A stretch of DNA of 64,000 bases from Bacteroidota bacterium (GCA_003551495.1 PUMT01000262.1:4293-68292), one strand, 5' to 3'. Positions 49,725 through 58,833 are shown, counted from the stretch's first letter. Notes: generated by a model not told the origin, from the letters alone. Numbers and translations are program-made.

Positions 49725-50956
49725 CGATAAAAGTCTGCCAGATGGTTTACAATATCTTCAGCAACCTCGGTTTTGGGCTTCAGTTCGTAATCAATCCAGC
49801 TTTCTTCAGAATCAATTATGGTAACCTTATTTGTTTCGACACCGAAACCCGACCCTTCATCCCTTAAACTATTTAAAACGATAAAATCGAGGTTTTTATT
49901 TTTGATCTTGCGCAAAGCGTTCTCTCTTTCATTATCTGTTTCAAGCGCAAAACCGGCAAGTATCTGGCCTTTTTTCTTGATCCTGCCGAGTTCTGCGGCT
50001 ATATCAACCGTAGGTTCCAGATCTATATGCAACCGGCCACTGCCACGCTTGATCTTCTTACCTGAAACCTTTGCCGGAGTGAAATCGGCGACAGCTGCTG
50101 CAAGTATGGCGCCGTCGCATCCGGGAAAGGCATTAATGCAGGCTTCATACATTTCAGAAGCGCTTCTGACTTTTACCAGCTCAATATGATGTAAAGATGG
50201 AATAACCGTTACGGGCCCGCTCACCAGTAAAACCTCTGCTCCGTTATTTGCAAGGCATTGTGCAATGGCATACCCCATCTTTCCCGAAGAGTGATTACCT
50301 ATGAACCTGACCGGGTCTATATCTTCATGTGTTGGGCCTGCTGTTACAAGGAATCGTTTCCCTTCAAGCTTTTTTTTTTTTGATGACTCAGTTTTGTCAA
50401 GAAAATCAATCACTTTTTGAACAATTTTTTCAGGATCCTCCATCCTGCCCTTGCCGTGCAATCCGCTTGCAAGTTCACCGCTTGACGGCTCTATAACTAT
50501 GTTCCCGAATGACCTGAGTGTTTCCATGTTTTTCATCGTGGCAGGGTGCCTGAACATGTCGTAATCCATTGCTGGTGCGATCATAACGGGACAACGTACA
50601 GAAAGATAGGTGGTGAGCAAAAGATTGTCGCAGATGCCGTTAGCCATCTTTGCTATGGTATTTGCTGTTATTGGAGCAATAAGCATAAGGTCTGCCCATG
50701 TACCGAGCTCAACATGACTGTTCCATGAACCATCGTCATAGGAGAAAAAATCAGATAAAACTGTATTTTTTGATAATGTTGCAAGTGTTACAGGGGTAAT
50801 GAACTCTTTGGCGTAAGGTGTGACTACAACTTTTACCACAGCGCCTTCCCTGACGAGCAGTCTTATCAGTATTGCCGCCTTGTAGGCAGCAATACTTCCC
50901 GTAATACCGAGAATGATCTTTTTGCCTTTAAGTCTCATTACCTTAATATTTGGCAA
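49721..50956 (-). CDS. coaBC: Bifunctional phosphopantothenoylcysteine decarboxylase / phosphopantothenate-cysteine ligase
   Basis: Flavoprotein N-domain (ILGITGSIAAYK, PAMD..M) and C-terminal CoaB domain (ITAGPT.E.IDPVR.I.N.SSGKMG). Confidence 0.9.
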   Translation of the reverse strand: MPNIKVMRLKGKKIILGITGSIAAYKAAILIRLLVREGAVVKVVVTPYAKEFITPVTLATLSKNTVLSDFFSYDDGSWNSHVELGTWADLMLIAPITANTIAKMANGICDNLLLTTYLSVRCPVMIAPAMDYDMFRHPATMKNMETLRSFGNIVIEPSSGELASGLHGKGRMEDPEKIVQKVIDFLDKTESSKKKKLEGKRFLVTAGPTHEDIDPVRFIGNHSSGKMGYAIAQCLANNGAEVLLVSGPVTVIPSLHHIELVKVRSASEMYEACINAFPGCDGAILAAAVADFTPAKVSGKKIKRGSGRLHIDLEPTVDIAAELGRIKKKGQILAGFALETDNERENALRKIKNKNLDFIVLNSLRDEGSGFGVETNKVTIIDSEESWIDYELKPKTEVAEDIVNHLADFYR

Positions 50957-50961
50957 TTATT

Positions 50962-51288
50962 TTACGACTCTTCTTTGGCAGGGTTACGGTAGTATATATC
51001 GCCATCCATGAATTCCTGCAATGAAATAAGAGAGGGCTTGGGAAGCCGCTCATAGAACCTGGATATTTCGATTTGCTCACGGTTTTCAAAAACCTCCTCC
51101 AGATTATCAGTATAGTAGGTAAACTCTTCCAGCTTCCTGTTAAGCTCCTCTTTCATCTCCATACTGATCTGGTTCGCCCTTTTGGAAATTATCACAACAG
51201 TTTCATATATATTCCCCGTATCAGTATCAAGATTGCTGGTATCAAGAGGGACTGTTGTTAAAGGTGCTTTTGACTTTTTGTAATCCAT
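50962..51288 (-). CDS. rpoZ: RNA polymerase omega subunit (Bacteroidota form)
   Basis: 108 aa. The core is NIYETVVIISKRANQI. It sits between bamD and coaBC. Confidence 0.65.
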   Translation of the reverse strand: MDYKKSKAPLTTVPLDTSNLDTDTGNIYETVVIISKRANQISMEMKEELNRKLEEFTYYTDNLEEVFENREQIEISRFYERLPKPSLISLQEFMDGDIYYRNPAKEES

Positions 51289-51297
51289 ATCTTAAAT

Positions 51298-52131
51298 TTA
51301 ATTAACTTCCTGATATTTTTCACCGGTTAAAGCTTCCAGTGCATTTACAGCTCTTTCGTAATAGCGTTTTGCATCCCTGATGTTATTGCTTTCCGGGTAC
51401 TCTTCCGAAAAAAGATAAAACTCTTCGAGAGTTGACCTGTAACGCTCAATCTGCCGCTCAGGAACACTGTTTCTGGCAAGCAGATAACTTGATTCAAGTA
51501 TCATAAACAGTATTTCTTCACGAAATTTGGTTTCAGGATACTCTTTCAGGCTGTTTTTGAGGGCAACTATTGCAGCCCTGTAATCTCCCATATCAAAATA
51601 GAGCCTGGCGCTCTTAAAGGATTTTTCTATAAGTTTTTCCCTTAACTCTTCAATATAATCCCTTGCTTCAGCCACTCTTTCAGATCCGGGATATCTTCTA
51701 ATGTACATTTGAAACTGGTCAATAGCCCTTTTGGATGGAGTCTGGTCAAGGCTTGGCCTGGGAGAAAGCAGGTAATTGCAGTAAGCTCTCATATAAAATG
51801 CATCCTGTGTAAATTCACTGTTGGGAAAATCCCTTATGAATGTGTCAAAATGGTGTCCGGCAAGTATATAATCACCCTGGTTGTAATAGCTTTTAGCAAG
51901 ATAATAATTCAGTCTTGCTGCTTCACGAGTGCCCCTGTAAATAGGTATTATTCTTTCAAAAAGGGTGGCTGCCCTAACAAAATCCTCATCCTCGTAATAT
52001 TCAAAAGACTTCTGAAACATGAGCTCGTAATCGTCACTCTTGAGCAGCCTGTTATAGCTACTGTGGCAGGATGACAACAGGAACAATACGATAATAAAGA
52101 TAGCTGGTGATGTTACAGTTTTTTGAAACAT
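51298..52131 (-). CDS. bamD: Outer membrane protein assembly factor BamD (TPR lipoprotein)
   Basis: Lipobox LLSSC and TPR-like repeats; 277 aa. Confidence 0.75.
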   Translation of the reverse strand: MFQKTVTSPAIFIIVLFLLSSCHSSYNRLLKSDDYELMFQKSFEYYEDEDFVRAATLFERIIPIYRGTREAARLNYYLAKSYYNQGDYILAGHHFDTFIRDFPNSEFTQDAFYMRAYCNYLLSPRPSLDQTPSKRAIDQFQMYIRRYPGSERVAEARDYIEELREKLIEKSFKSARLYFDMGDYRAAIVALKNSLKEYPETKFREEILFMILESSYLLARNSVPERQIERYRSTLEEFYLFSEEYPESNNIRDAKRYYERAVNALEALTGEKYQEVN

Positions 52132-52281
52132 TATGCAAAATTAATTTTTCTTTTATATTATCCCATACTTTTTTTCAATTTTGCTTGAAACGGGATTAAA
52201 AAAAGATTTATTATTGCTTTTTTTACAAAAAAACGAAAAAGTGGCTATTTTTGACCTTTTAATAACTAAAAAATTGTTGTC

Positions 52282-53523
52282 GTGGATATTTTCGATAAAA
52301 TAAAAAAGGACATGGGGCCTCTGGGACAGTACATGAAGGAAGCCCATGGGTATTTTACATTTCCCAAGCTTGAAGGTGAAATAGGTACGCGAATGAAATT
52401 CCGTGGCAGGGAGGTACTGGTATGGAGCCTGAATAATTACCTTGGCCTGGCAAATCATCCTGAAGTAAGGAAAGCTGATGCAGAAGCTGCTGCACAATAC
52501 GGAATGGCCTATCCTATGGGAGCCAGAATGATGTCAGGGCAAACAAGCAAACATGAAGAACTTGAAAACCAGCTTGCCGAATTTGTAAACAAGGAAGATG
52601 CCTTTTTGCTTAACTACGGTTACCAGGGAATGGTATCAATAATTGACTCGCTTGTTGGCAGAAATGATATAATTGTATATGACTCCGAATCGCACGCATG
52701 CATACTGGACGGCCTCAGGCTTCATTTCGGGAAACGATTTGTTTTTCCTCACAACGATATGGAGAACCTGCAAAAACAGCTTGAAAGGGCAACCAAGCTT
52801 GCTGCGAAGAACAATGGAGGCATACTGGTTATAACTGAAGGAGTTTTTGGAATGTCGGGTGATCTGGGGAAGCTGGATGAAATTGTAAAGCTCAAGGAAA
52901 AGTATCCTTTCCGGCTTCTTGTTGACGATGCTCATGGCTTTGGTACAATGGGCAAAACCGGCATGGGGGTTGGTGAACATATGGGAGTTCAGGATGGGAT
53001 AGATATATTTTTCGGGACATTTGCGAAAGCTATGGCAGGAATAGGCGCATTTGTGGCATGCAATGAAATGGTTACCAACTACCTGAGGTATAATATGAGG
53101 TCGCAAACATTTGCCAAATCACTTCCTATGCCCATGGTTATTGGAGCTCTCAAGCGTCTTGAATTACTCAGGAGCAAACCGGAATTACGGGATCAGTTAT
53201 GGAAAATTGTTAATGCACTTCAAAGCGGCCTGAAAGAAAAGGGATTCAACCTTGGCAACACCGAGTCGCCTGTAACTCCAATTTTCCTTCCGGGCAGTGT
53301 GCCTGAAGGGACCAATATGACAATGGACTTAAGGGAAAACTACAATATTTTCTGCTCAATAGTTGCCTATCCCGTTGTTCCCAGGAATGTCCTTATGCTG
53401 AGGCTGATTCCTACTTCCGTACATACTATGGAGGATGTTGAGGAAACTATAAGTGCATTCTCTGAAGTTCATAAAAAACTGAAGGCGGGCAAATATGTGG
53501 CTGAAAAGATAACAAGTGTTTAA
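52282..53523 (+). CDS. alpha-Oxoamine synthase family PLP enzyme (Kbl / BioF / serine-palmitoyltransferase-like; substrate unresolved)
   Basis: NNYLGLANHP, DDAHGFG, and the PLP-lysine motif GTFAKAMAG. The start is GTG at 52282. Confidence 0.8.
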   Translation: MDIFDKIKKDMGPLGQYMKEAHGYFTFPKLEGEIGTRMKFRGREVLVWSLNNYLGLANHPEVRKADAEAAAQYGMAYPMGARMMSGQTSKHEELENQLAEFVNKEDAFLLNYGYQGMVSIIDSLVGRNDIIVYDSESHACILDGLRLHFGKRFVFPHNDMENLQKQLERATKLAAKNNGGILVITEGVFGMSGDLGKLDEIVKLKEKYPFRLLVDDAHGFGTMGKTGMGVGEHMGVQDGIDIFFGTFAKAMAGIGAFVACNEMVTNYLRYNMRSQTFAKSLPMPMVIGALKRLELLRSKPELRDQLWKIVNALQSGLKEKGFNLGNTESPVTPIFLPGSVPEGTNMTMDLRENYNIFCSIVAYPVVPRNVLMLRLIPTSVHTMEDVEETISAFSEVHKKLKAGKYVAEKITSV

Positions 53524-53550
53524 CTCAATACACTTTGGGGGTTTACTGAA

Positions 53551-53580
53551 AAAAGGTTCTGTCTAAAGAACCTTTTTTTT
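53551..53580. terminator. Bidirectional intrinsic terminator between convergent genes
   Basis: AAAAGGTTCT (53551-53560), 6-nt loop, AGAACCTTTT (53567-53576). It is flanked by an A-run on one side and a T-run on the other. Confidence 0.65.
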
Positions 53581-53817
53581 ATTTTCAGAAACGGTGTTCC
53601 GGGTAGAGTTGACTTTTTCTTTTAACAAAAAGCAGGAAGCCTCGCAACCCATCCGGGACGCCCTGTTCCAGTCAGCTAACGCACCATCGTCATCGCCCAC
53701 ACTGAACCGCAGTATTCCCCTTGAGCAATAATTGAAAGCGTTATCAGGGATTTGTTCTATCAGAACGTTAAAATCATTGATCACCTCCCTGAGAAAAGAA
53801 AAAGCAACTTTATTCAT
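53563..53817 (-). CDS. Small hypothetical protein with one TPR-like repeat
   Basis: 84 aa. AFNYCSRGILRFSVGDDDGALADWNRASRMG fits a TPR consensus. Coding status is uncertain. Confidence 0.4.
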   Translation of the reverse strand: MNKVAFSFLREVINDFNVLIEQIPDNAFNYCSRGILRFSVGDDDGALADWNRASRMGCEASCFLLKEKVNSTRNTVSENKKKVL

Positions 53818-54220
53818 TATACGAGTAGTTCAAAAAAAGTACGATTATGTTGTTCCGTCTATCCTGAGATACGGCACAACGCCCGATAATGTTGCATTTT
53901 TGCGGGAAAAAGAGGGAATAAATGAGATAACAAATTATCAACAAACGGAAGTTGCAAAATGAATAATCACACTTTCAGTGATGTATATATGTTCATCTTA
54001 ACAAAAACTTCGTTTATGCCGTACCAGGCAATCCGGCATATTCCACAAGTGAAAACCACCTTTTTATTTATATGCATCTGCAGGCCTGCGTTTCTTAATG
54101 TTTTTCGGCCTGATCATTTTACTGAGCGGAGCAGGTCTGCTGACACTGCCCAAAAAAGTAAATCCGTGATCATTTTTAACACCCGTTGTTACACTTCCTT
54201 CAGCCTTCGGGACTAAAATG

Positions 54221-54400
54221 CTATCCGTTTATCTCATCAAGTATATCCTGAATGTCATCCTCGCACTGTCCGCATACTGTTCCGGCATCCGTTTCCTCTC
54301 CCACTTCTTCAAAGGTTTTTAATCCTTTTTCTTTGATCGCTTTTACTATTGTGCTTTTGTAAACTTCATTACAGTTACAGATTATTTCATCATTTTCCAT
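54221..54400 (-). CDS. BFD-like [2Fe-2S]-binding domain protein (59 aa, below the ORF-track cutoff)
   Basis: Hand translation gives MENDEIICNCNEVYKSTIVKAIKEKGLKTFEEVGEETDAGTVCGQCEDDIQDILDEING*. The C-x-C...C-x-x-C spacing is typical of bacterioferritin-associated-ferredoxin-like domains. Confidence 0.65.
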   Translation of the reverse strand: MENDEIICNCNEVYKSTIVKAIKEKGLKTFEEVGEETDAGTVCGQCEDDIQDILDEING

Positions 54401-54450
54401 AAAATTGATAATTAAAATGTTTATATACTTTTAAGTTTGTTTGAAAAACA

Positions 54451-54969
54451 TCAGGGTTTGTAAAAATATATTATATATTTCTCATCACTTTCTTTTACCA
54501 CCCAGTGGCTTACATCCAGGCTTGATGCTTTGTCTATCAAAGGGGCAGGAAGAAAGGGGGCTTCCAGCCTGTAAATTGATTTATTTTTCATGGCTTTGAG
54601 GTCAGCTATAACCTGATTTACAGGATGTTCTCCACGATCAAGCAGTTCTTTGGCATTAAGCTCCCCGGATACCAGTCCGGGATCAAACCATTCCGGCTTT
54701 TTGGTATTGAAACCGTAATCTTCTCCTTGTGAATATGCGTCCTGACCAGCCTCTTTCCGGAGATGGTTAACCAGTTCCTCCACCTTAACACCACCAATTG
54801 CTGCAGCTTGCTGTAATGATGCAGTACGTGCCACTGTTTTCCTCAGAACGGGATTTTTCAATGCCCTGAAAGCCGGTACATAATTCACTATTATCTCTTC
54901 CAGTTCAGGGAAATCTTCAATAATCTTCAAAACCTTGCTTTTAGGTGTTATCAATTTTTCTTTGTCCAT
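54451..54969 (-). CDS. DUF1858 + DUF2249-like two-domain protein
   Basis: The N-terminal I.DFPELEEI...Y.PAF..L.NP.LRKT.AR..SL..AA..GGV is DUF1858 (ScdA_N-like). The C-terminal ~70 aa resembles the DUF2249/TusA-like fold. Confidence 0.6.
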   Translation of the reverse strand: MDKEKLITPKSKVLKIIEDFPELEEIIVNYVPAFRALKNPVLRKTVARTASLQQAAAIGGVKVEELVNHLRKEAGQDAYSQGEDYGFNTKKPEWFDPGLVSGELNAKELLDRGEHPVNQVIADLKAMKNKSIYRLEAPFLPAPLIDKASSLDVSHWVVKESDEKYIIYFYKP

Positions 54970-54980
54970 AACTGCTATTT

Positions 54981-56210
54981 TCAGGTGTATGACAAAATAC
55001 GCTGCTCTCCTTCCAGCTTACGGTAACGGGAAACATCGTGAGAAACTTCAAGTGTGCCAAGGTATTCCCCTTTTTCATCCCGAAGTGCAAAGTATTCAAT
55101 GTGAATGAATTTATCGCCCATCTGTATCCAGAATGGTGCACGGCTTTCCCTTCCGCTTTTGAAATCTTCTATTATCCTGTCAACTATGTGTGAACTTGCA
55201 GGGGGATGGCAATGACGCACATCCCTGTTAAGGATGGCACGGTTGCGCTGGAATATCCTGTCAGCACTCTGTGAAAAATATTTTACCTTGTCATTTTTGT
55301 CCACAAATGTTAAATCGACAGGGAGAGTATTAAGCAGGGCCAGAAGTTCTTCAAGTGAAAAGCTCCCGGTGGGGAGCTGTACATGTCCTGCTGTACGCTG
55401 TAAATCCTGAAGGGTTTGATCTTCCGCCCCTTCCGGCACCCAGGTCACAGGTGGGTCATAAAGACAAAATCCAAATTCAAGTGATTGTTGGCTAACCTGG
55501 TGCCACTGGTTATCTGAAAGCTTTTCAAGAGCCATGGGAAACAGTATCTCCTCTTCTTTAAGTGTCATATCTTCTACCGCTTCAAGGGCCGGGCGGATAA
55601 CTATCTCTACTGATGCAAAGAATTCCTCCCTGGTAATACCCGTTGTACCAAGTATTTCAAGGCTGCCTTTGATCTGTTCCCTGATCTCGTCATGCTTGCC
55701 CCACATAACTTTCGGAGGGCCTGTTATACCTTCCTGTTCAAGAAAGGGAAACACAAGGTATTCTTTCCGGAGATAGTGCTTGTCAACATCAAATAAACTG
55801 TTAAAGTAACCCTTCAATTTTATCAGGTTGTCTTTAAGATCGGTTCCGGAATCTGTCTCAATATTTTCGAGAAGTTTTTTTGCCTCTGCAACCACTTTTC
55901 TAAGCTCCCTGTTTTCCTTTATCATAATATCAACCGGGTGACCTTCCGGAACGTCCCTGGTGCCGGAAAGATCAACATTGCCGCGTAAAACAGCAGAATG
56001 AGCATCACAAAGCTTAAGAACTTCGGATTCGGGAAGACCTTCGTTTATCAACTCCTGCTCAACCTCCACCACCTCACCATAGGGAATTGAACTAAGGCTC
56101 TCCATCAATTCATTTCTGACCTTTTCCTCTGACTCGCCTTTATGGAGTTTCAGTATAAGTGCCTTCAGTTTCTTTTTACGGGAGTTTGAATTGTCAATCA
56201 GTTCGCTCAT
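54981..56210 (-). CDS. DUF438 / hemerythrin-like / PAS three-domain protein
   Basis: The N-terminal DUF438 helix bundle (LK.LI..LH.GES.E.V) is followed by a central His/Glu-rich hemerythrin-like region. The C-terminus is a PAS-like module (FVDKNDKVKYFSQ...R.VRHCHPP.S...V..I..DF.SG). Confidence 0.65.
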   Translation of the reverse strand: MSELIDNSNSRKKKLKALILKLHKGESEEKVRNELMESLSSIPYGEVVEVEQELINEGLPESEVLKLCDAHSAVLRGNVDLSGTRDVPEGHPVDIMIKENRELRKVVAEAKKLLENIETDSGTDLKDNLIKLKGYFNSLFDVDKHYLRKEYLVFPFLEQEGITGPPKVMWGKHDEIREQIKGSLEILGTTGITREEFFASVEIVIRPALEAVEDMTLKEEEILFPMALEKLSDNQWHQVSQQSLEFGFCLYDPPVTWVPEGAEDQTLQDLQRTAGHVQLPTGSFSLEELLALLNTLPVDLTFVDKNDKVKYFSQSADRIFQRNRAILNRDVRHCHPPASSHIVDRIIEDFKSGRESRAPFWIQMGDKFIHIEYFALRDEKGEYLGTLEVSHDVSRYRKLEGEQRILSYT

Positions 56211-56312
56211 AACGATTATTATTTTGGTTAGACCTGGATAAAGGTATAAAAATGAAGCAAAAAAGTAAATAAATACATTTAATATTACAGAACCACACTT
56301 GTCAACAATGCA

Positions 56313-57215
56313 TCAGAGAGCATCTTCCAGGGCTTCCCTGAGTCCCGGGTATTTAAATTCATAGCCGGCTTTTGTAAGTTTTTCCGGCACTAAACGCTGT
56401 CCGTGCAACAACATTTCGGCCATTTGTCCGAGCACCATTTTTAGAGCAAATCCCGGCACAGGCAGCCATGAAGGCCTGTTAAGAACCCTGCCAAGTGTTC
56501 TGAAAAGTTCCCTGTTCCTTACGGGATTAGGTGACACGGCATTAACCGGTCCTGTTATACTGCATTGCTCTATTATGAACCTTATAATGCCAACCAGATC
56601 ATCAATATGTATCCATGAATGCCACTGATTCCCGGAGCCGGCAGGCCCTCCTATAAAATACCTGACCGGGGTTGCCATTTTCCTTATTCCAATGTTATCA
56701 CCCACAACAATTCCGGTTCTAAGGGTCACCACCCTGGTCAGACCGGTTTCAGCACTGTAGGCTTCATCTTCCCATAAACGGCAAACATGAGCAAGAAAAT
56801 CATCCCCGTTTGTGTCGGTTTCGGTTATCTTTTCATCGCCCCTTTTTCCATAATAATTTGCTCCGGAAGCATTGATCAGGAATCCGGGTTTTAGCAGTCC
56901 CTTTCTTATTGCTTCAGCAATTACCGAAGTAACCCTTACCCTGCTGTTAAGTATCTCTTTTTTTGCTTTTTTGGTCCAGCGCCTTTTACCAATAGATTCA
57001 CCTGCAAGATTTACAATCACGTCGGTTTTGGGAAGATCATCAACAGGAAGAGAAGAATAAGTGTCCCAGTGCACTGTGTTTGCAATTTTCCCCTGAACAG
57101 GTTCATATTTGCCTGCACTTCTTGTTACAATGGTTACATCATAACCTTTTTCAACAAGCTCCCGTGTAAGAGCCCTTCCAACAAAACCGGTTCCTCCGAA
57201 GATCAGGATATGCAT
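56313..57215 (-). CDS. TIGR01777/YfcH-type NAD-dependent epimerase-like protein (with DUF1731 C-terminus)
   Basis: MHILIFGGTGFVG Rossmann start; C-terminal G.R..P.KL...G..F.YP.L..AL. Confidence 0.8.
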   Translation of the reverse strand: MHILIFGGTGFVGRALTRELVEKGYDVTIVTRSAGKYEPVQGKIANTVHWDTYSSLPVDDLPKTDVIVNLAGESIGKRRWTKKAKKEILNSRVRVTSVIAEAIRKGLLKPGFLINASGANYYGKRGDEKITETDTNGDDFLAHVCRLWEDEAYSAETGLTRVVTLRTGIVVGDNIGIRKMATPVRYFIGGPAGSGNQWHSWIHIDDLVGIIRFIIEQCSITGPVNAVSPNPVRNRELFRTLGRVLNRPSWLPVPGFALKMVLGQMAEMLLHGQRLVPEKLTKAGYEFKYPGLREALEDAL

Positions 57216-57551
57216 TGTAAAAGATATTGTTCACATTCATTAAAACAACTAGTGTTACATGGTCAACAATAATCGGGGATATTTGTTTGAAGGAAACGTT
57301 ATACTGAATCAAAACTTCAGCATAAATCCGGATGAAAAACGGAAAGAGGTTCGCGGATAATCCATCCCATATAAAATATTTGTTTATATCAAGAGGTTCA
57401 GTATCAAGATTCTGTTCATCCAGAATACGAATAAATGTAGCCTGGTTTATATAGCCGGCAGATGCAAAAAACCGGCTTAACTATTATAAAAAAGGGAATC
57501 TGAATAATAATTTTTTAAAAAAATTAATCAGAACCAAGAGTTAAAGAATTA

Positions 57552-58586
57552 TTAAAACATAAACTGAAAAATAAACGAAAGCCCGAACCGGGAGTCATTC
57601 TCGTCAGGCAGATAAGTATCGAAATTGAACTGTAAGCTTGAAAGTTTTGTTAAATCTGTATTAACCCCAAATGTTACCTGGTTGTCACGGAAATCCGCCT
57701 CCCTGTACCCCCATGATTGCCAGCGGCCAAGCAACATGGTGCTTTCCGTCAGACTATACCCGCCGGTAAGGTAATAACCGCTGATTTTCTCCTTTTCACC
57801 CGGAAGGGCCACTATTTCCAAATCTCCTGCAAGATATTCAGCAGCAAACAAATACTGGTCTCCTTCCAGCCTTAAGTCGCCTCCGTAAATTGTTCTTGTC
57901 CCCCTTAGCATGGGACCGTCCCTGCCGCTGCGTACACCGGGGGAATCACCGTGCGAGCCCTGGAGTGCCACTTTAAGGTTCCCGTATGAGAAATCATCAA
58001 TTGTATACTGCAATCTTGCAATACCGTAAAAAGAGTTGTTATTGTTGTCGGATAACCTGGTGCCGTTGAATATGCCACCGAAATAGTAAAACCCGTCAAT
58101 ATCACCTTCTGCTGACACCCCTATTTCCCAGGACTGAACAAGCTGTCCGGTTATCCTCGTTACATCAACAAAGTCCCTTTCAATGGGGTAGCGAATAAAA
58201 TCCTGTGTCTGCTGTGGTTTCATAGCCCCTGCTTTAATCCTGAAAGCATCACTTTGGCTGTACCCTACATAAGCATCCAGTAAATTTGGCTCGCTTGCCA
58301 CATTTACCATGACCCTGTAAAAAAACCCGTTATCAACCATCCCGCTTAACGCAATCCGTGCATTTGGGACCTGAAATGTCCTTCCCCCCTGAAAGTCATC
58401 ATCATTCAGTGAATAGCGTAACCCCGATTGCAGCAGCACATTCACCTTAAATGCATCTGTAAAAATTTCAGAGGGATTGCCTTCAGGCTCTTCACTGCCG
58501 TAAGCATTGCAGATAGTTGCTGATAAAGATAAAGCAGTGAAAATCAGCAATACTTTTTTACAAAATACTGATAGTTCACGTATCAT
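57552..58586 (-). CDS. Outer-membrane porin (OprO/P-like beta-barrel)
   Basis: Signal peptide ending ...CNAYG, beta-strand periodicity, and a terminal FQFMF. The ORF opens at 58688, but that overlaps the upstream gene. The Met at 58586 lies 1 nt after the upstream stop. Confidence 0.5.
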   Translation of the reverse strand: MIRELSVFCKKVLLIFTALSLSATICNAYGSEEPEGNPSEIFTDAFKVNVLLQSGLRYSLNDDDFQGGRTFQVPNARIALSGMVDNGFFYRVMVNVASEPNLLDAYVGYSQSDAFRIKAGAMKPQQTQDFIRYPIERDFVDVTRITGQLVQSWEIGVSAEGDIDGFYYFGGIFNGTRLSDNNNNSFYGIARLQYTIDDFSYGNLKVALQGSHGDSPGVRSGRDGPMLRGTRTIYGGDLRLEGDQYLFAAEYLAGDLEIVALPGEKEKISGYYLTGGYSLTESTMLLGRWQSWGYREADFRDNQVTFGVNTDLTKLSSLQFNFDTYLPDENDSRFGLSFIFQFMF

Positions 58587-58587
58587 C

Positions 58588-58833
58588 TTATTTGTGCGAT
58601 TGTTGTTTTTCATTGCCTGATTCATCTTGTTTAATTTTTTGTTTCCTGCCCATAACAAAGTAAAGTATTGGGCCGATAAATGTAACAAAAATTATTACCA
58701 AAGCCCACACAAGCTTGTCATTATCCCTGAAACGGCTTCCAAGGAGATCAACCAAAGCTACAAGTGTGAGAACAAGAACAGCAATAAAAAAAATGCCGGC
58801 AAAAAAAAGCATTAAAACAGGTAAAAAGTCCAT
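58588..58833 (-). CDS. PLD-nuclease-N-terminal (PLDc_N) family small membrane protein
   Basis: Two TM helices with the motif K..W.LVI....IGPILYF..GR. The ORF opens at 58872, and the Met at 58833 is the likelier start. Confidence 0.55.
   Translation of the reverse strand: MDFLPVLMLFFAGIFFIAVLVLTLVALVDLLGSRFRDNDKLVWALVIIFVTFIGPILYFVMGRKQKIKQDESGNEKQQSHK

Noticed and set aside
53732-54216. Track ORFs 53732-53962 (+) and 53959-54216 (+) as genes. Also a minus-strand reading frame that continues through an in-frame TGA (possible selenocysteine or readthrough).
   Set aside because: They have no motifs and atypical composition, and they oppose the flanking transcription. For the TGA frame, I saw no SECIS-like hairpin immediately downstream of the TGA and no selenoprotein-like context.
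57301-57480. Minus-strand frame reading ...NLFPFFIRIYAEVLIQYNVSF..., which looked like a beta-barrel C-terminus remnant or pseudogene between the porin and the yfcH-like gene.
   Set aside because: It has no start codon and no extended homology-like pattern, and the frame is not continuous with either neighbour. The AGCCGG/CCGGCT hairpin there (57455-57485) lacks a T-run, so I do not call it a terminator either.
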